DNA of 64,000 nucleotides from an archaeon. Lineage in GTDB: Archaea > Methanobacteriota_B > Thermococci > Methanofastidiosales > NM3. Both the position numbers and the translations under genes were made by a program. The stretch spans positions 64,001-128,000 of the forward strand of contig RXIG01000001.1 of assembly GCA_004212155.1 (NCBI GenBank), written 5' to 3'. Below are positions 29,556-39,191 of the stretch, piece after piece (positions within the stretch are counted from its first letter, which is position 1; each line of letters begins with the position of its first letter). Under the pieces are notes generated by a model that saw only the letters and a program-made list of their open reading frames with translations, was not told where the DNA came from and did not search any database.

Positions 29556-32500
29556 ATGGACACAAGACGTCTTTTTCGCATTTTTCTGTTCTTCGTGCTC
29601 GTCGGTTCGTTAGGCGTTGCCATGTTCACTGTAGCGCCCGTTGCTGCCGATATTACCGTTGATGCCGTCTCACTGCAGAACGGCGACATCGAGATCTCAT
29701 GGGGATCGGTGAGCGGGGCTGCTACGTATGATATCTATCGCAGCTCTACGAACTCCCAGCCCGGGACTGCTTCAAAGACCGTGACAGCACCCACCACGTC
29801 TGTTACGTTCACGATACCTGAAGATGGCCTCGTTTCTGGGCAGACATGGTACTTCTGGGTCGAGGCATATGACAATACGGACACACTCATTGAGGGTACG
29901 ACCTCCCCGGGAACGGCCATATGCGATGCTGAGGGTCCTCAAACCCCATCGTTGAGCTCTCCAGCGGACGGAAGCTACGTAATCGTGAATCCTCCAACCC
30001 TCACTTGGAGCTCTGTTCAGGATGAACCGCAAGGTGAGGACAATACGGGCATCGATTCATACACACTGCAGTACTCGACCTCATCGACGTTCACGCCCAG
30101 CAACACGACGACTGTTTCCGACATCTCATCAACATCCTACACATTTTCGTTCTCGCTTGCGAACAACACGTATTACTGGCGTGTGAAGGCGGTGGACAAC
30201 GCGGGAAATGAGGGAAACTGGTCGAGTGCTCGCTCGTTCACGATCAATCTTGAATCACCGACACTCCTGAGTCCCGCCAACGGAGCATCGTTTAACAGCG
30301 ATGACATCCCCTTAACGTTCTCATGGAGCGAGGTATCGGGCGCATACGGGTATCTGCTCGAGATCGATGACCAGCAACCTATCAGCTCGAGTCCCATTTA
30401 CTCGCAAGTGGTGTCTGGTGAGAGCACGACATCGTTTGAGGTCCCTGTCTCGTTCACTGACAACACATATTACTGGCGCGTGTCCGCGGTGGACAGCGAG
30501 GACAATACCACCGGTGTCTACTCGTCCGTCCGAAGCTTCTCGGTCGACTCCACGCCTCCGGGAACCCCATCACTTACCTCTCCTGCCAACAACGCTACCA
30601 TCGGCGATACGTCGCCCACCTTTTCTTGGCAGTCGGTAAGCGATGCAGAATCGTACAAGATCGAGATAGCGACAGCATCAGACCTTGACGTCGATGGTTC
30701 CTTTGTCGGCGCAAACGTCGTTTACACATATCCCACATCCGGCCAGCTCACATCGACGACCCACTCGATCGGGACAGACCTTGATGACGGGGAGGAGTAC
30801 TACTGGCATGTAGTGGCATTCGATGCCGCAGGCAATGAAGGCGACTGGTCTTCAATACGTTCATTCGAGATCGATACCTCTCTTCCTACGGCTCCGACCC
30901 TCAACTCCCCTGGTAACGGGACAACTCTAGAAGACACTACGCCTACGTTTTCATGGAGTTCTGTTAGTGGTGCTTCAGAATACACGCTGCAATACTCGAC
31001 ATCAAATTCTTTTACTTCATCAACAACAGTTGAAGAAACGGTAACTGGTACCTCATATACCGTTCCCTCAGATTCTGAACTGTCTGAAGACACATATTAT
31101 TGGCGTGTGAAGGCTAATAATACAGGGTCTTGGTCGGACGTATGGTCTTTTACTATTGACATTCCCGCACAGCAGGTCAACTTCCAGGTGCGAGTCCTTG
31201 CGGGCGCCACGGGAAGTGCGGTTGACAATGCGACAGTATCGCTTGTCCAAGGCCCGAACACCATTGACACCGAACAGACCAACTCGTCGGGAAACGCGAC
31301 GCTTAGCTCCGAGACCGGCACCTATACGCTGCAGGTCACGAAGAGCAGCTGGGACTCTGGCGATGGCACGGCATATTCGCGCACGCTCCAGGTGACCGCC
31401 AACATGGACCCTGTACAGGTGCTACTCTATACGGAGGGCAGGGACCTCATCGTCGCTCGCGTGAAGTACAATGACAACTTCTCATCAACACCTCAGTCGA
31501 TAGTCATCTACCGCAACGATACAACATACCAGACGGTCACTTTACCTCGCGTGCCACCAGGTATCATGCCGCAGAATCTCCGGACTGCACAGACCAATCT
31601 CGTCATCGAGGTACCCACATCTGGTACGTATTCAATCGCATCGTCTGAATACACGTCGCAGCGGGTTTCGGTGACGAATCTCTCCCAGTCGCTTGCAGAC
31701 GCATACAACAACGTCATCACGCTTGACATCACGTCCTCCCTTAGCGGGGTCGTCGTCGACGACGCCGACGAGATCATCACAGGGGCAAGCGTCATGCTGA
31801 TCCGTTCAGATGACGAAAGCGTCATCGGGGCAAAGGAGACATCGGCCATAGGATTCACTTTTGACAACATCCTTCCCGGATCGTACTACCTGCGCATACA
31901 AAAGGAAGGATACGGGGATGTGACGACCGACCCTGTCGAGATCGGCGCCAACGAGGACAGGAACATTGGCATGATACCGCTCACGCAACCCAAGGGGACG
32001 CTCAATATCGTTGTACGGACGACTGACGGCCAACCGGTCGAGGATGTCACGGTAACGATCGTTGACAATCAGGACAACGAGGTGTTCTCTCAGATGGCCG
32101 CCCAGGGCATCGTGGGGACACAGCTTCCGGGCGGGACGTATACGGTATCAGCCTCTGCAGAGGGTTACGAGCTCGAAGAAGAGGTCACCACCACGGTGAC
32201 GGCAGGCGAGACGACCCCTGTGACATTGCTTATGACCGTTGAAGAGACGCCACCGGAGACGGGAAGCATCCAGATATCGCTTTCCGATGACGAGGGTAAT
32301 CCCATACAGCTCGTTGAGGTCTTTATCGACGGCGAGAAGGTGGGTGTGACCAATCAGGACGGCATACTCCTCATCGAGGACCTCGAGTCCAAGACATATC
32401 AGATAACGTTGAAAAAGGAGGGGTTCAAGGAGGTCACCGTCAGCCAGGATGTCACGGCGGGCGAGACGAACACCGTGTCGAAGACAATGACGGTCAAAGA

Positions 32501-32825
32501 GACGGCCGACACATCTTCCAGGCTGAAGTGGATACTTGGAGCGATTGCCCTGATCATACTCTTCGCCATCATACTCTATGCCTACACGCACAGGCAGAAG
32601 GGATCCGAGGAAGAGGAGGAATACGGCACCGCCGCCCCCATCCAGGGCGGTTCAGGAGAAGGCGGTGAACGCAAGGTCTCGCCACGCGTGCCGCGCCAGG
32701 GCGAATCACGAAAACCTGAACGAGGTGGCATACCCCAATCCTCAACGTCCAAGGAAATGGGATTCGGAAAAACAGGGGGCGCCAAGGGCGGTCTTCCCTC
32801 ACAAAGGCGACTTGAAGGGGACTAA
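29556..32825 (+). CDS. Large cell-surface protein: signal peptide, FN3-like repeats, carboxypeptidase-regulatory/PEGA-like Ig domains, C-terminal TM
   Basis: Repeats P.L.SP.NG...PTFSW.SV...YYWRV.A.D..GN...WS; Ser/Thr-rich; TM LKWILGAIALIILFAIILYAY. Confidence 0.88.
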   Translation: MDTRRLFRIFLFFVLVGSLGVAMFTVAPVAADITVDAVSLQNGDIEISWGSVSGAATYDIYRSSTNSQPGTASKTVTAPTTSVTFTIPEDGLVSGQTWYFWVEAYDNTDTLIEGTTSPGTAICDAEGPQTPSLSSPADGSYVIVNPPTLTWSSVQDEPQGEDNTGIDSYTLQYSTSSTFTPSNTTTVSDISSTSYTFSFSLANNTYYWRVKAVDNAGNEGNWSSARSFTINLESPTLLSPANGASFNSDDIPLTFSWSEVSGAYGYLLEIDDQQPISSSPIYSQVVSGESTTSFEVPVSFTDNTYYWRVSAVDSEDNTTGVYSSVRSFSVDSTPPGTPSLTSPANNATIGDTSPTFSWQSVSDAESYKIEIATASDLDVDGSFVGANVVYTYPTSGQLTSTTHSIGTDLDDGEEYYWHVVAFDAAGNEGDWSSIRSFEIDTSLPTAPTLNSPGNGTTLEDTTPTFSWSSVSGASEYTLQYSTSNSFTSSTTVEETVTGTSYTVPSDSELSEDTYYWRVKANNTGSWSDVWSFTIDIPAQQVNFQVRVLAGATGSAVDNATVSLVQGPNTIDTEQTNSSGNATLSSETGTYTLQVTKSSWDSGDGTAYSRTLQVTANMDPVQVLLYTEGRDLIVARVKYNDNFSSTPQSIVIYRNDTTYQTVTLPRVPPGIMPQNLRTAQTNLVIEVPTSGTYSIASSEYTSQRVSVTNLSQSLADAYNNVITLDITSSLSGVVVDDADEIITGASVMLIRSDDESVIGAKETSAIGFTFDNILPGSYYLRIQKEGYGDVTTDPVEIGANEDRNIGMIPLTQPKGTLNIVVRTTDGQPVEDVTVTIVDNQDNEVFSQMAAQGIVGTQLPGGTYTVSASAEGYELEEEVTTTVTAGETTPVTLLMTVEETPPETGSIQISLSDDEGNPIQLVEVFIDGEKVGVTNQDGILLIEDLESKTYQITLKKEGFKEVTVSQDVTAGETNTVSKTMTVKETADTSSRLKWILGAIALIILFAIILYAYTHRQKGSEEEEEYGTAAPIQGGSGEGGERKVSPRVPRQGESRKPERGGIPQSSTSKEMGFGKTGGAKGGLPSQRRLEGD

Positions 32826-32851
32826 TCCCCTTTCTTTTTCATTTGTTCTTT
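32826..32851 (+). terminator. T-rich terminator
   Basis: cccctttctttttcatttgttcttt after the stop. Confidence 0.45.
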
Positions 32852-33038
32852 GTACAATCCCACGAGAAATTGATAGATTTTTCGTGTTATCTTTTTAGCG
32901 GTGGTTTGAAAATCATAACCATATCTGCCACCTGTTCGTTTATCATCTGGACAGTATATGACCCATATGAAAGGCGTCTGTGTATACGGACCATAGTTCA
33001 CTTTTTACCAAATGGTCATCTACACTCTCGTAAGGTGG

Positions 33039-34136
33039 CTACTTCTTCTCCTTGAGTTCATGCTGGAACATGTGCAGGGTGCGTGTTGGGAAAGCGAATT
33101 CGATGCCTTCATTGTTAAGCTCCTCATAGATGCGCTGGACGGCCTCGCGCTCCTTGTCCCAGCGAGTGGTGAAGTCGCTCACCCAGAACGTGCCACGGAA
33201 TGAGAGATAGTAGTCGGCAAGCTCGAGGAAGTCGACAGTCGGTTCGGGGTCCTGAAGGATGCCGTCCATCGATGCGAGGGCACGTTTTGCGACCTCCTTT
33301 GTCTTTTCCACATTGCTTCCGTAGATGACGCCGAAGGGTATCACGCCGCGTTCCATGTATATTGGCTGTGCATAGTTGATGATCTTGGCCTTTGCCATGT
33401 TGCTGTTGGGAATGATGATGATATTGCCATCATAGGTCTGGACACGTGTGGAGCGCATGGTAATCTCATGAACGATGCCCACCTCTCCCGTATCGAGCCG
33501 TATCTTGTCGCCCACCTTGTAGGTCGTATCGAGGATGAGCATCACGCCGGAGAAGAGATCGCTGAGGCTGTCCTGCATGGCGAGGCCTATGGCGATACCG
33601 GCGATACCAAGTCCTGCAAGGAACGGTGCGATCTGTATGCCCCATACGCTGAGGATGACGATGACGGCAACGGCGGCGATGAATACCATCGATAACTTTC
33701 GGATAAGCGGAAAGACCGTATCCTTGTACTTGGAACGCGTCCTTCGCTTCCACATCCTCCCCCACGCCTCTATGATGATGTCTGATATCTTGATGAGTAT
33801 GTAGGCAAAGACGATGATAAGAATTGAGCTCAGTACGTTTTGCATGTCCTGAACGACTCCGCCCTTCCATCCCAGCGCAGTGATTACCGACTTCATGCCG
33901 ATAAGCACGACGAAGTAGATGACCGGAGTGCGCGTCTCATCGATGATCTTGGCATCAGTGTTTGCGGGAGATCGGCGGTAAATGAGGTGGAGAACGATCT
34001 TGTATGCGTAGGATATCGCGAAGGCGAGTCCCAAGAACACGATAAAAAGCACGATGGCGAACACATAGTCGTTGCCAAAGTATGGACTCAACATCTGGAG
34101 TATTTCACGTAATGGTCTATCGATATTGATGTCCAT
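33039..34136 (-). CDS. mscS: Small-conductance mechanosensitive channel
   Basis: AGLGIAGIAIGLAMQD, YKVGDKI, MRST, IPNS, GIEFAFPT. Confidence 0.93.
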   Translation of the reverse strand: MDINIDRPLREILQMLSPYFGNDYVFAIVLFIVFLGLAFAISYAYKIVLHLIYRRSPANTDAKIIDETRTPVIYFVVLIGMKSVITALGWKGGVVQDMQNVLSSILIIVFAYILIKISDIIIEAWGRMWKRRTRSKYKDTVFPLIRKLSMVFIAAVAVIVILSVWGIQIAPFLAGLGIAGIAIGLAMQDSLSDLFSGVMLILDTTYKVGDKIRLDTGEVGIVHEITMRSTRVQTYDGNIIIIPNSNMAKAKIINYAQPIYMERGVIPFGVIYGSNVEKTKEVAKRALASMDGILQDPEPTVDFLELADYYLSFRGTFWVSDFTTRWDKEREAVQRIYEELNNEGIEFAFPTRTLHMFQHELKEKK

Positions 34137-34184
34137 AAATAGATGTAATCCTCCCGTATTTATATAATTTCTCTAATATGGGGG

Positions 34185-34928
34185 TTATATCAAATAAAAA
34201 AGCAAAAATGCGAGAACGGCGCCTGCCACGGTACAAAAAAAGTTGGTGAAGTTGTTGCTGAACCATCGCACGTTCGACTCGAGCGTAGCACCGAGGTACG
34301 AATCGACCGTAGCGCCGACGACACCGCCAATGGTCGTCGTGATGATGATCTTCCATGCGGGCAGATCGGCGGCAGACAGCCCGACCGCAATGGCAACGAT
34401 CGCGATAAGGAGGCTAATTGCCACCTCAGCCCCCTTTCCTAGGAGCGAGATGCCGCCATCGGTCCCTGCAGGCACACGCCTGAATGTCGTGATGAGCCAG
34501 GGGTCGGCCTTCGAGAGGCGCCCGAACTCCCCACCTGCGGTGTCGGCCGTGGCAGCTGCGACGGCGCCCAGGTATGCAGCGATGAACGCCCCTCCCCCGT
34601 AGATGAGTTCCAGGAACAGCACGATGAGCGCAAACAGGCCGTTGCCAAAGACGTTTTTATACCCTCTCGCACCGCCCTTTGCCTCGGCGATGCCCTTTGC
34701 CTTCTTCTTGTCGTAGTGGAACTTCGTTGCAAGTCCGGACAGGATGAAGAAGAGCAAGATGATGGCAAACGCCCCCCATCCGCCGAGGATGATGATGCCA
34801 ACGCCCATTATGTAGCCTGAGAGCAGGCCCGACAGGCTTACCACACGGATGCGAAATGCGGGCAATCCTATGATCGAACAGATGATAAACGCGACTGCTA
34901 TGCGTACGAGCAGGTCTATTCCGTCCAT
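34185..34928 (-). CDS. DUF92/TMEM19 family membrane protein
   Basis: NVFGNG, ADTAGGEFG, VPAGTDGGISLLG, DSYLGATLE. Confidence 0.9.
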   Translation of the reverse strand: MDGIDLLVRIAVAFIICSIIGLPAFRIRVVSLSGLLSGYIMGVGIIILGGWGAFAIILLFFILSGLATKFHYDKKKAKGIAEAKGGARGYKNVFGNGLFALIVLFLELIYGGGAFIAAYLGAVAAATADTAGGEFGRLSKADPWLITTFRRVPAGTDGGISLLGKGAEVAISLLIAIVAIAVGLSAADLPAWKIIITTTIGGVVGATVDSYLGATLESNVRWFSNNFTNFFCTVAGAVLAFLLFYLI

Positions 34929-35194
34929 GTCAATCCAGGTCTACCTATATAAAACCGTATTTAAACCTTTGCATCGACAAAAAACAACCAATCTCAGCGC
35001 GTTTTGAAAAAGGAAAAATATGGTTGAAAAATCTATTTCATGCTTCAAATGTTTTCTTCCGATGCGGCGGTAAATACTATTTTTCACTTCATATTCTTCG
35101 TTGAATGTCGATTATTTCGTTCATGGACGAGAAGAACTACCCGCATTTTAGAAAAGTATTTAAATCGCTCATAATAAGTGGGGTTGTGATGGTT

Positions 35195-35617
35195 ATGCAG
35201 GAACATATCAATTTTTCCGCTAAACACGGGTCTTGGATCGTAGTGAAAAAGATGGCCCTGGATGAGCACACGGCCGACGAGGATATCGCTCGTATCCTGC
35301 TCTCCATTAGAGAGACGCTCAACAACAAGATCTATGAGTATCTGGGCAAGGACTTCGACCTTGATACGCTCGAGAAATGGGCGGAGGAGATCGTGCCGAG
35401 CGGCCGGCTCAGCGAGGAAAAGATCGCCGAGGCCCTCAAGACCCTCAAATCGCCAAAGACGACCAAGCGGCTCAAGGAGCTCACGACCGAGAAGCAAAAG
35501 CTCGAGGTCTACAGGGGCCTTTTGACCGAACTGGTCCTGCAACGCCTCAAACTTAACACGCTCCAGCTCAAGGCACTCGAAAAGTACGTTGACAATAAGA
35601 ACAGGCGATTAGAATGA
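35195..35617 (+). CDS. DUF2666-like archaeal protein
   Basis: INFSAKHGSWIVVKKM..DIARILLSI..T N-terminus; start at 35189 or 35195. Confidence 0.7.
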   Translation: MQEHINFSAKHGSWIVVKKMALDEHTADEDIARILLSIRETLNNKIYEYLGKDFDLDTLEKWAEEIVPSGRLSEEKIAEALKTLKSPKTTKRLKELTTEKQKLEVYRGLLTELVLQRLKLNTLQLKALEKYVDNKNRRLE

Positions 35618-37353
35618 GGACACCCGAGGAGAGCGGCGGCAGCGGGTTTGGCGTACGGTCAGTGCTGCTAGCAGTCGCGCTCTCCTTGTTTCTTCTTTCC
35701 ACTTCGATCTATATCGCATTACGGCTCGGTGCGCTGCCGTGGCCAATTATATTTTCAGTCATCGTCTCCGCAGGCATACTGAAGCTGGTCTCCCGTTCGT
35801 CTCCTGCCAGCGAACACGAGGTCAACGTTGCGCAGGCAGGCGGAACGATCGGTGGTCTCATGGCGTCTGCCGTCTCGTTCACCATTCCCGGTATCCTTTT
35901 CCTGCGGGACTACATGGACGTCGAGATATCGATGCTCGACCCCTATCTTCTTGCAGCGGTGTGTGTGACGGGGGGTGTGCTTGGCGTACTGCTCTCGATC
36001 CCCCTGCGACGCACGTTCGTCGATGAGGAGAAACTACCGTATCCTTCCGGCGCGGCGGGTGCAGAGATACTCAAGGCGCAGATGCGCGGAGGCAGGGGCG
36101 CCCTGCTCATCGCGTTCGTCGTGCTCATGGCAGGCCTGTTCGCCCTTGCGCGCGACCTTTACATACCCATGGGCATCACCGCAACGAGCCTTGCGACGTA
36201 TGGTATCTACCTGACGTTTTCCGCGATGCCGCTTGGCGTCGGCGTCGGGTACATCCTCGGGCCACGCATATCGATCAACTCGTGGTTTACCGGTGCCGTC
36301 GCTGGCTGGATCGTCATCATCCCCCTTCTGGTCATGCGGGACTGGTTGGGGAGCAATGCCATATCATTCGTGCAAAACGCCGGTCTCGGCATCGTGCTTG
36401 GCAGCGGTGTGGGATTTTTCGTCGCCTATGTGCTTCCCCGTATGCGCCGCATCTTCGCACCGCTTTTCAAGTGGGAAGGACCTTGGTACTTCAAGCTCTC
36501 CCCGTTCTTCTCCTTGGTATCCCTTGCGGTGCTCATCGCCATAGGGGTGCCGATACTTGCCACCATCATCGCCGTTGCGGGCGTCTGGGTCATGACGACC
36601 ATCGCTGCGCGCATGACGGGCGAGACGAACATCGACCCCCTTGAACAGTTCGGCATCATCGTCGGACTCGTGGCGCTGGGGACATACTCTGCCATCTCGT
36701 ATGAACTATCATACATATCTGCGTTTATCATCGTGACATTCGTCGCAGTCGCCGCGGCCGTCGCTGGCGACATCGGGCATGACTACAAGTCTGCCTACAT
36801 CATCGGCACGAAGCCCAAGGACATCGTGAAGGTCGACCTCATATGCGCCGTCATCGTTGGCATTGCAGCGCCGTTCATACTTAACATCGTGCTCAATGGA
36901 TACGCCGACGTCCTCTTCACCGCACAGATGCCGGCACCTCAGGCTCAGCTTGTGGCTGGAAGCATCTTCGGGTTTGCCCACCCTAACGCGTTCTACGCAG
37001 GATTTGGCATCGCGTTCATCTATGAGGCCATCGTACGCGCGTTCAAGCGCGACGTGCCCTTTTCCGCCATGGCATTTGGCATCGGCATGTTCCTTGGCCT
37101 CACGCTTGCATTGCTCCTTTTCATCGGCGGCATCATACGTCTTTTCATTCGTCATCGCGGACCGGACCATGAGCACACGGGCATCCTTGTCTCGGCAGGG
37201 CTGATGGGCGGGGAAGGGATCGCAGGGTTCCTCACTGCCGCCCTCTTCGTCATGGGCGTTGCCATGACCACCGCCTCGCATGCCATGATCGTCGTATTCG
37301 GACTGGCCTTCGTGCTCGTGTTGATATACACGGTCTGGAACAGGAGGTGGTAA
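35614..37353 (+). CDS. OPT/YSL family oligopeptide transporter
   Basis: EVNVAQ, LPYPSGAAGAE, GETNIDP, DYKSAYIIG, APQA, AGLMGGEG. Confidence 0.9.
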   Translation: MRTPEESGGSGFGVRSVLLAVALSLFLLSTSIYIALRLGALPWPIIFSVIVSAGILKLVSRSSPASEHEVNVAQAGGTIGGLMASAVSFTIPGILFLRDYMDVEISMLDPYLLAAVCVTGGVLGVLLSIPLRRTFVDEEKLPYPSGAAGAEILKAQMRGGRGALLIAFVVLMAGLFALARDLYIPMGITATSLATYGIYLTFSAMPLGVGVGYILGPRISINSWFTGAVAGWIVIIPLLVMRDWLGSNAISFVQNAGLGIVLGSGVGFFVAYVLPRMRRIFAPLFKWEGPWYFKLSPFFSLVSLAVLIAIGVPILATIIAVAGVWVMTTIAARMTGETNIDPLEQFGIIVGLVALGTYSAISYELSYISAFIIVTFVAVAAAVAGDIGHDYKSAYIIGTKPKDIVKVDLICAVIVGIAAPFILNIVLNGYADVLFTAQMPAPQAQLVAGSIFGFAHPNAFYAGFGIAFIYEAIVRAFKRDVPFSAMAFGIGMFLGLTLALLLFIGGIIRLFIRHRGPDHEHTGILVSAGLMGGEGIAGFLTAALFVMGVAMTTASHAMIVVFGLAFVLVLIYTVWNRRW

Positions 37354-38180
37354 TCATTATCATAGGCATAGATATAGGGGGCACGACGACGGATGCCATC
37401 GCGCTTAGCGACGGAAAGATAGAGGCGCTCATATCCGTTGAGGCGGGCGATCCCGTCACTGCAGCGGCAGGGGCACTCGGAAAGATGATGGAGACGCTTG
37501 GCGCCTCACTCGACGAGGTCGAGTACATTGCATCGACAGGTGTGGGCACGGGTCACCTTGGCGACCGCCTCCTGGGCATACCGCTCGTCAAGGTAGACGA
37601 ATTCACATCGATCGGCACCGCGGGAGCCTACCTTTCTGGCATCGACAAGGCAATCGTGGTAAGCATGGGCACCGGCACGGCGCTGGTACGTGTCGACGGG
37701 GACTCGATATCCCACTGGGGCGGTACTGGTGTTGGGGGCGGCACGCTGCTTGGCCTCTCAAAGCTCATTCTCAACATCTCCACTATCTCGATACTCACGA
37801 AAAAGGCAGAGCACGGCTCCCTGGGTACGATCGACCTAACGGTGGGTGACATCTCAGGGGGTCCGCTCAACGGTCTGCCAGCCTCGGCAACGGCTTCCAA
37901 CTTCGGAAAGGTCGCCGATGATGCAAGCGATGCTGACAAGGCGCTTGCCCTCATCAATCTCGTATGCCAGACGATCGGTGTCATGGCCATGTTTGCAGCG
38001 CGCGCCAATTCGTTTAGCGACATCGTCCTCACGGGCAAGCTCACCAGCATACCGCAGGTCAAAGATGTCATTGAAGGTGTGGGCAAACTTTTTGATGTAC
38101 GCTTCCATATACCAACTCATGCGGATTACGCCACGGCCATTGGCGCCGCCATCCATCTTTACAACAAGGAGAGGAAATGA
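37347..38180 (+). CDS. Type II pantothenate kinase (Fumble/CoaW-like)
   Basis: DIGGTTT, VDEF, SMGTGT, GGTGVGGGTLLGL, DLTVGDI, ASNFGK, AIGA. Confidence 0.85.
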   Translation: MVIIIIGIDIGGTTTDAIALSDGKIEALISVEAGDPVTAAAGALGKMMETLGASLDEVEYIASTGVGTGHLGDRLLGIPLVKVDEFTSIGTAGAYLSGIDKAIVVSMGTGTALVRVDGDSISHWGGTGVGGGTLLGLSKLILNISTISILTKKAEHGSLGTIDLTVGDISGGPLNGLPASATASNFGKVADDASDADKALALINLVCQTIGVMAMFAARANSFSDIVLTGKLTSIPQVKDVIEGVGKLFDVRFHIPTHADYATAIGAAIHLYNKERK

Positions 38181-39127
38181 TGCTCAAAGAGGCTTGTAAG
38201 AGGATCCTCACCACCTCAATGGGGGTGCAGGAGGACGAGACGGTTTTGATAGTGACTGATACCGAGTTGCACGACATCGGTGCGACGCTGTTTGAAACGG
38301 CACGACCGTTGTGCCGTGAGGCGTTGCTCATGACGATGAATCCACGTTCGTCGCATGGTGAGGAACCGCCCCCTGCGATTGCCGCCGCCATGCAGCATGC
38401 CCATGTCATACTCATGCCCACCGTCATGTCGCTTTCCCATACCAAAGCACGTGGCGATGCATGCACACGCGGAGCACGCGTGGGGTCGATGCCTCATGTC
38501 ACGAGGGAGATGCTTGCACGCATGTCCAAGGCCGACTTCAATGAGATCGAACGGTATGCGAACACGTGGGCAGACCTTCTTTCAAAGTCATCGATGGTGC
38601 GCATCGTCTCGAAAAATGGCACAGACCTCTCCTTCAGCATCGCCGGCAGGCCCGGCAACGCCGATGGCGGCGTCTTTACCCACAAGGGCGCGTTTGGCAA
38701 CATTCCCTCTGGCGAGGCGTTCGTCGCACCCGTGGAGGGCACTGCCAACGGGACGCTCGTCATCGACGGGTCGATCGATGTGGTGGGCATCGTGCAGTCC
38801 CCCATCGTCATTACCGTCAAGGACGGATTGGCAGTGACGTTTGAGGGCGGTCCGGATGCAAAGAAGCTTGAAGAGGCCCTCATGAAGTTCGGCCCCGAGG
38901 CACGAAACATTGCCGAGCTTGGCATTGGCATCAATTCGGCCGCAACGCTTTCAGGCAACACCCTTGAGGATGAGAAGATTAAGGGTACGGTGCATATCGC
39001 CCTTGGCGACAATTCCACGTTCGGGGGTACCGTCTCAGCGCCTTCGCACCTCGATGGGCTCATCATGAATCCCACGATGTATCTCGATGGCGAGATGGTA
39101 ATCGAGGACAAGAAATGGAAGATTTGA
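38177..39127 (+). CDS. Aminopeptidase (M29/leucyl aminopeptidase-like)
   Basis: HGEEPP, NIPSGEAF, AELGIG, EDEK, HIALGDN, HLD. Confidence 0.88.
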   Translation: MMLKEACKRILTTSMGVQEDETVLIVTDTELHDIGATLFETARPLCREALLMTMNPRSSHGEEPPPAIAAAMQHAHVILMPTVMSLSHTKARGDACTRGARVGSMPHVTREMLARMSKADFNEIERYANTWADLLSKSSMVRIVSKNGTDLSFSIAGRPGNADGGVFTHKGAFGNIPSGEAFVAPVEGTANGTLVIDGSIDVVGIVQSPIVITVKDGLAVTFEGGPDAKKLEEALMKFGPEARNIAELGIGINSAATLSGNTLEDEKIKGTVHIALGDNSTFGGTVSAPSHLDGLIMNPTMYLDGEMVIEDKKWKI

Positions 39128-39191
39128 ACGGTCTCAAAGATATAGTACGTACCATAAGATATTTATTAATTAAAAAGGGTCTGGTGTAACT

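Noticed and set aside
29900-31160. Repeats in the surface protein as a possible DGR or CRISPR
   Set aside because: Diverged protein-domain repeats; no adenine-specific TR/VR pair, RT gene or repeat-spacer periodicity
32852-33038. Intergenic gap with short ORFs between the surface protein and mscS
   Set aside because: No SD-supported ORF, motif or convincing RNA structure
37347-38180. BadF/BcrAD-type dehydratase activator or methanogenesis marker ATPase
   Set aside because: Lacks the cluster Cys motifs (CAAG) and has the PanK-II DLxVxDI and ASNFGK motifs
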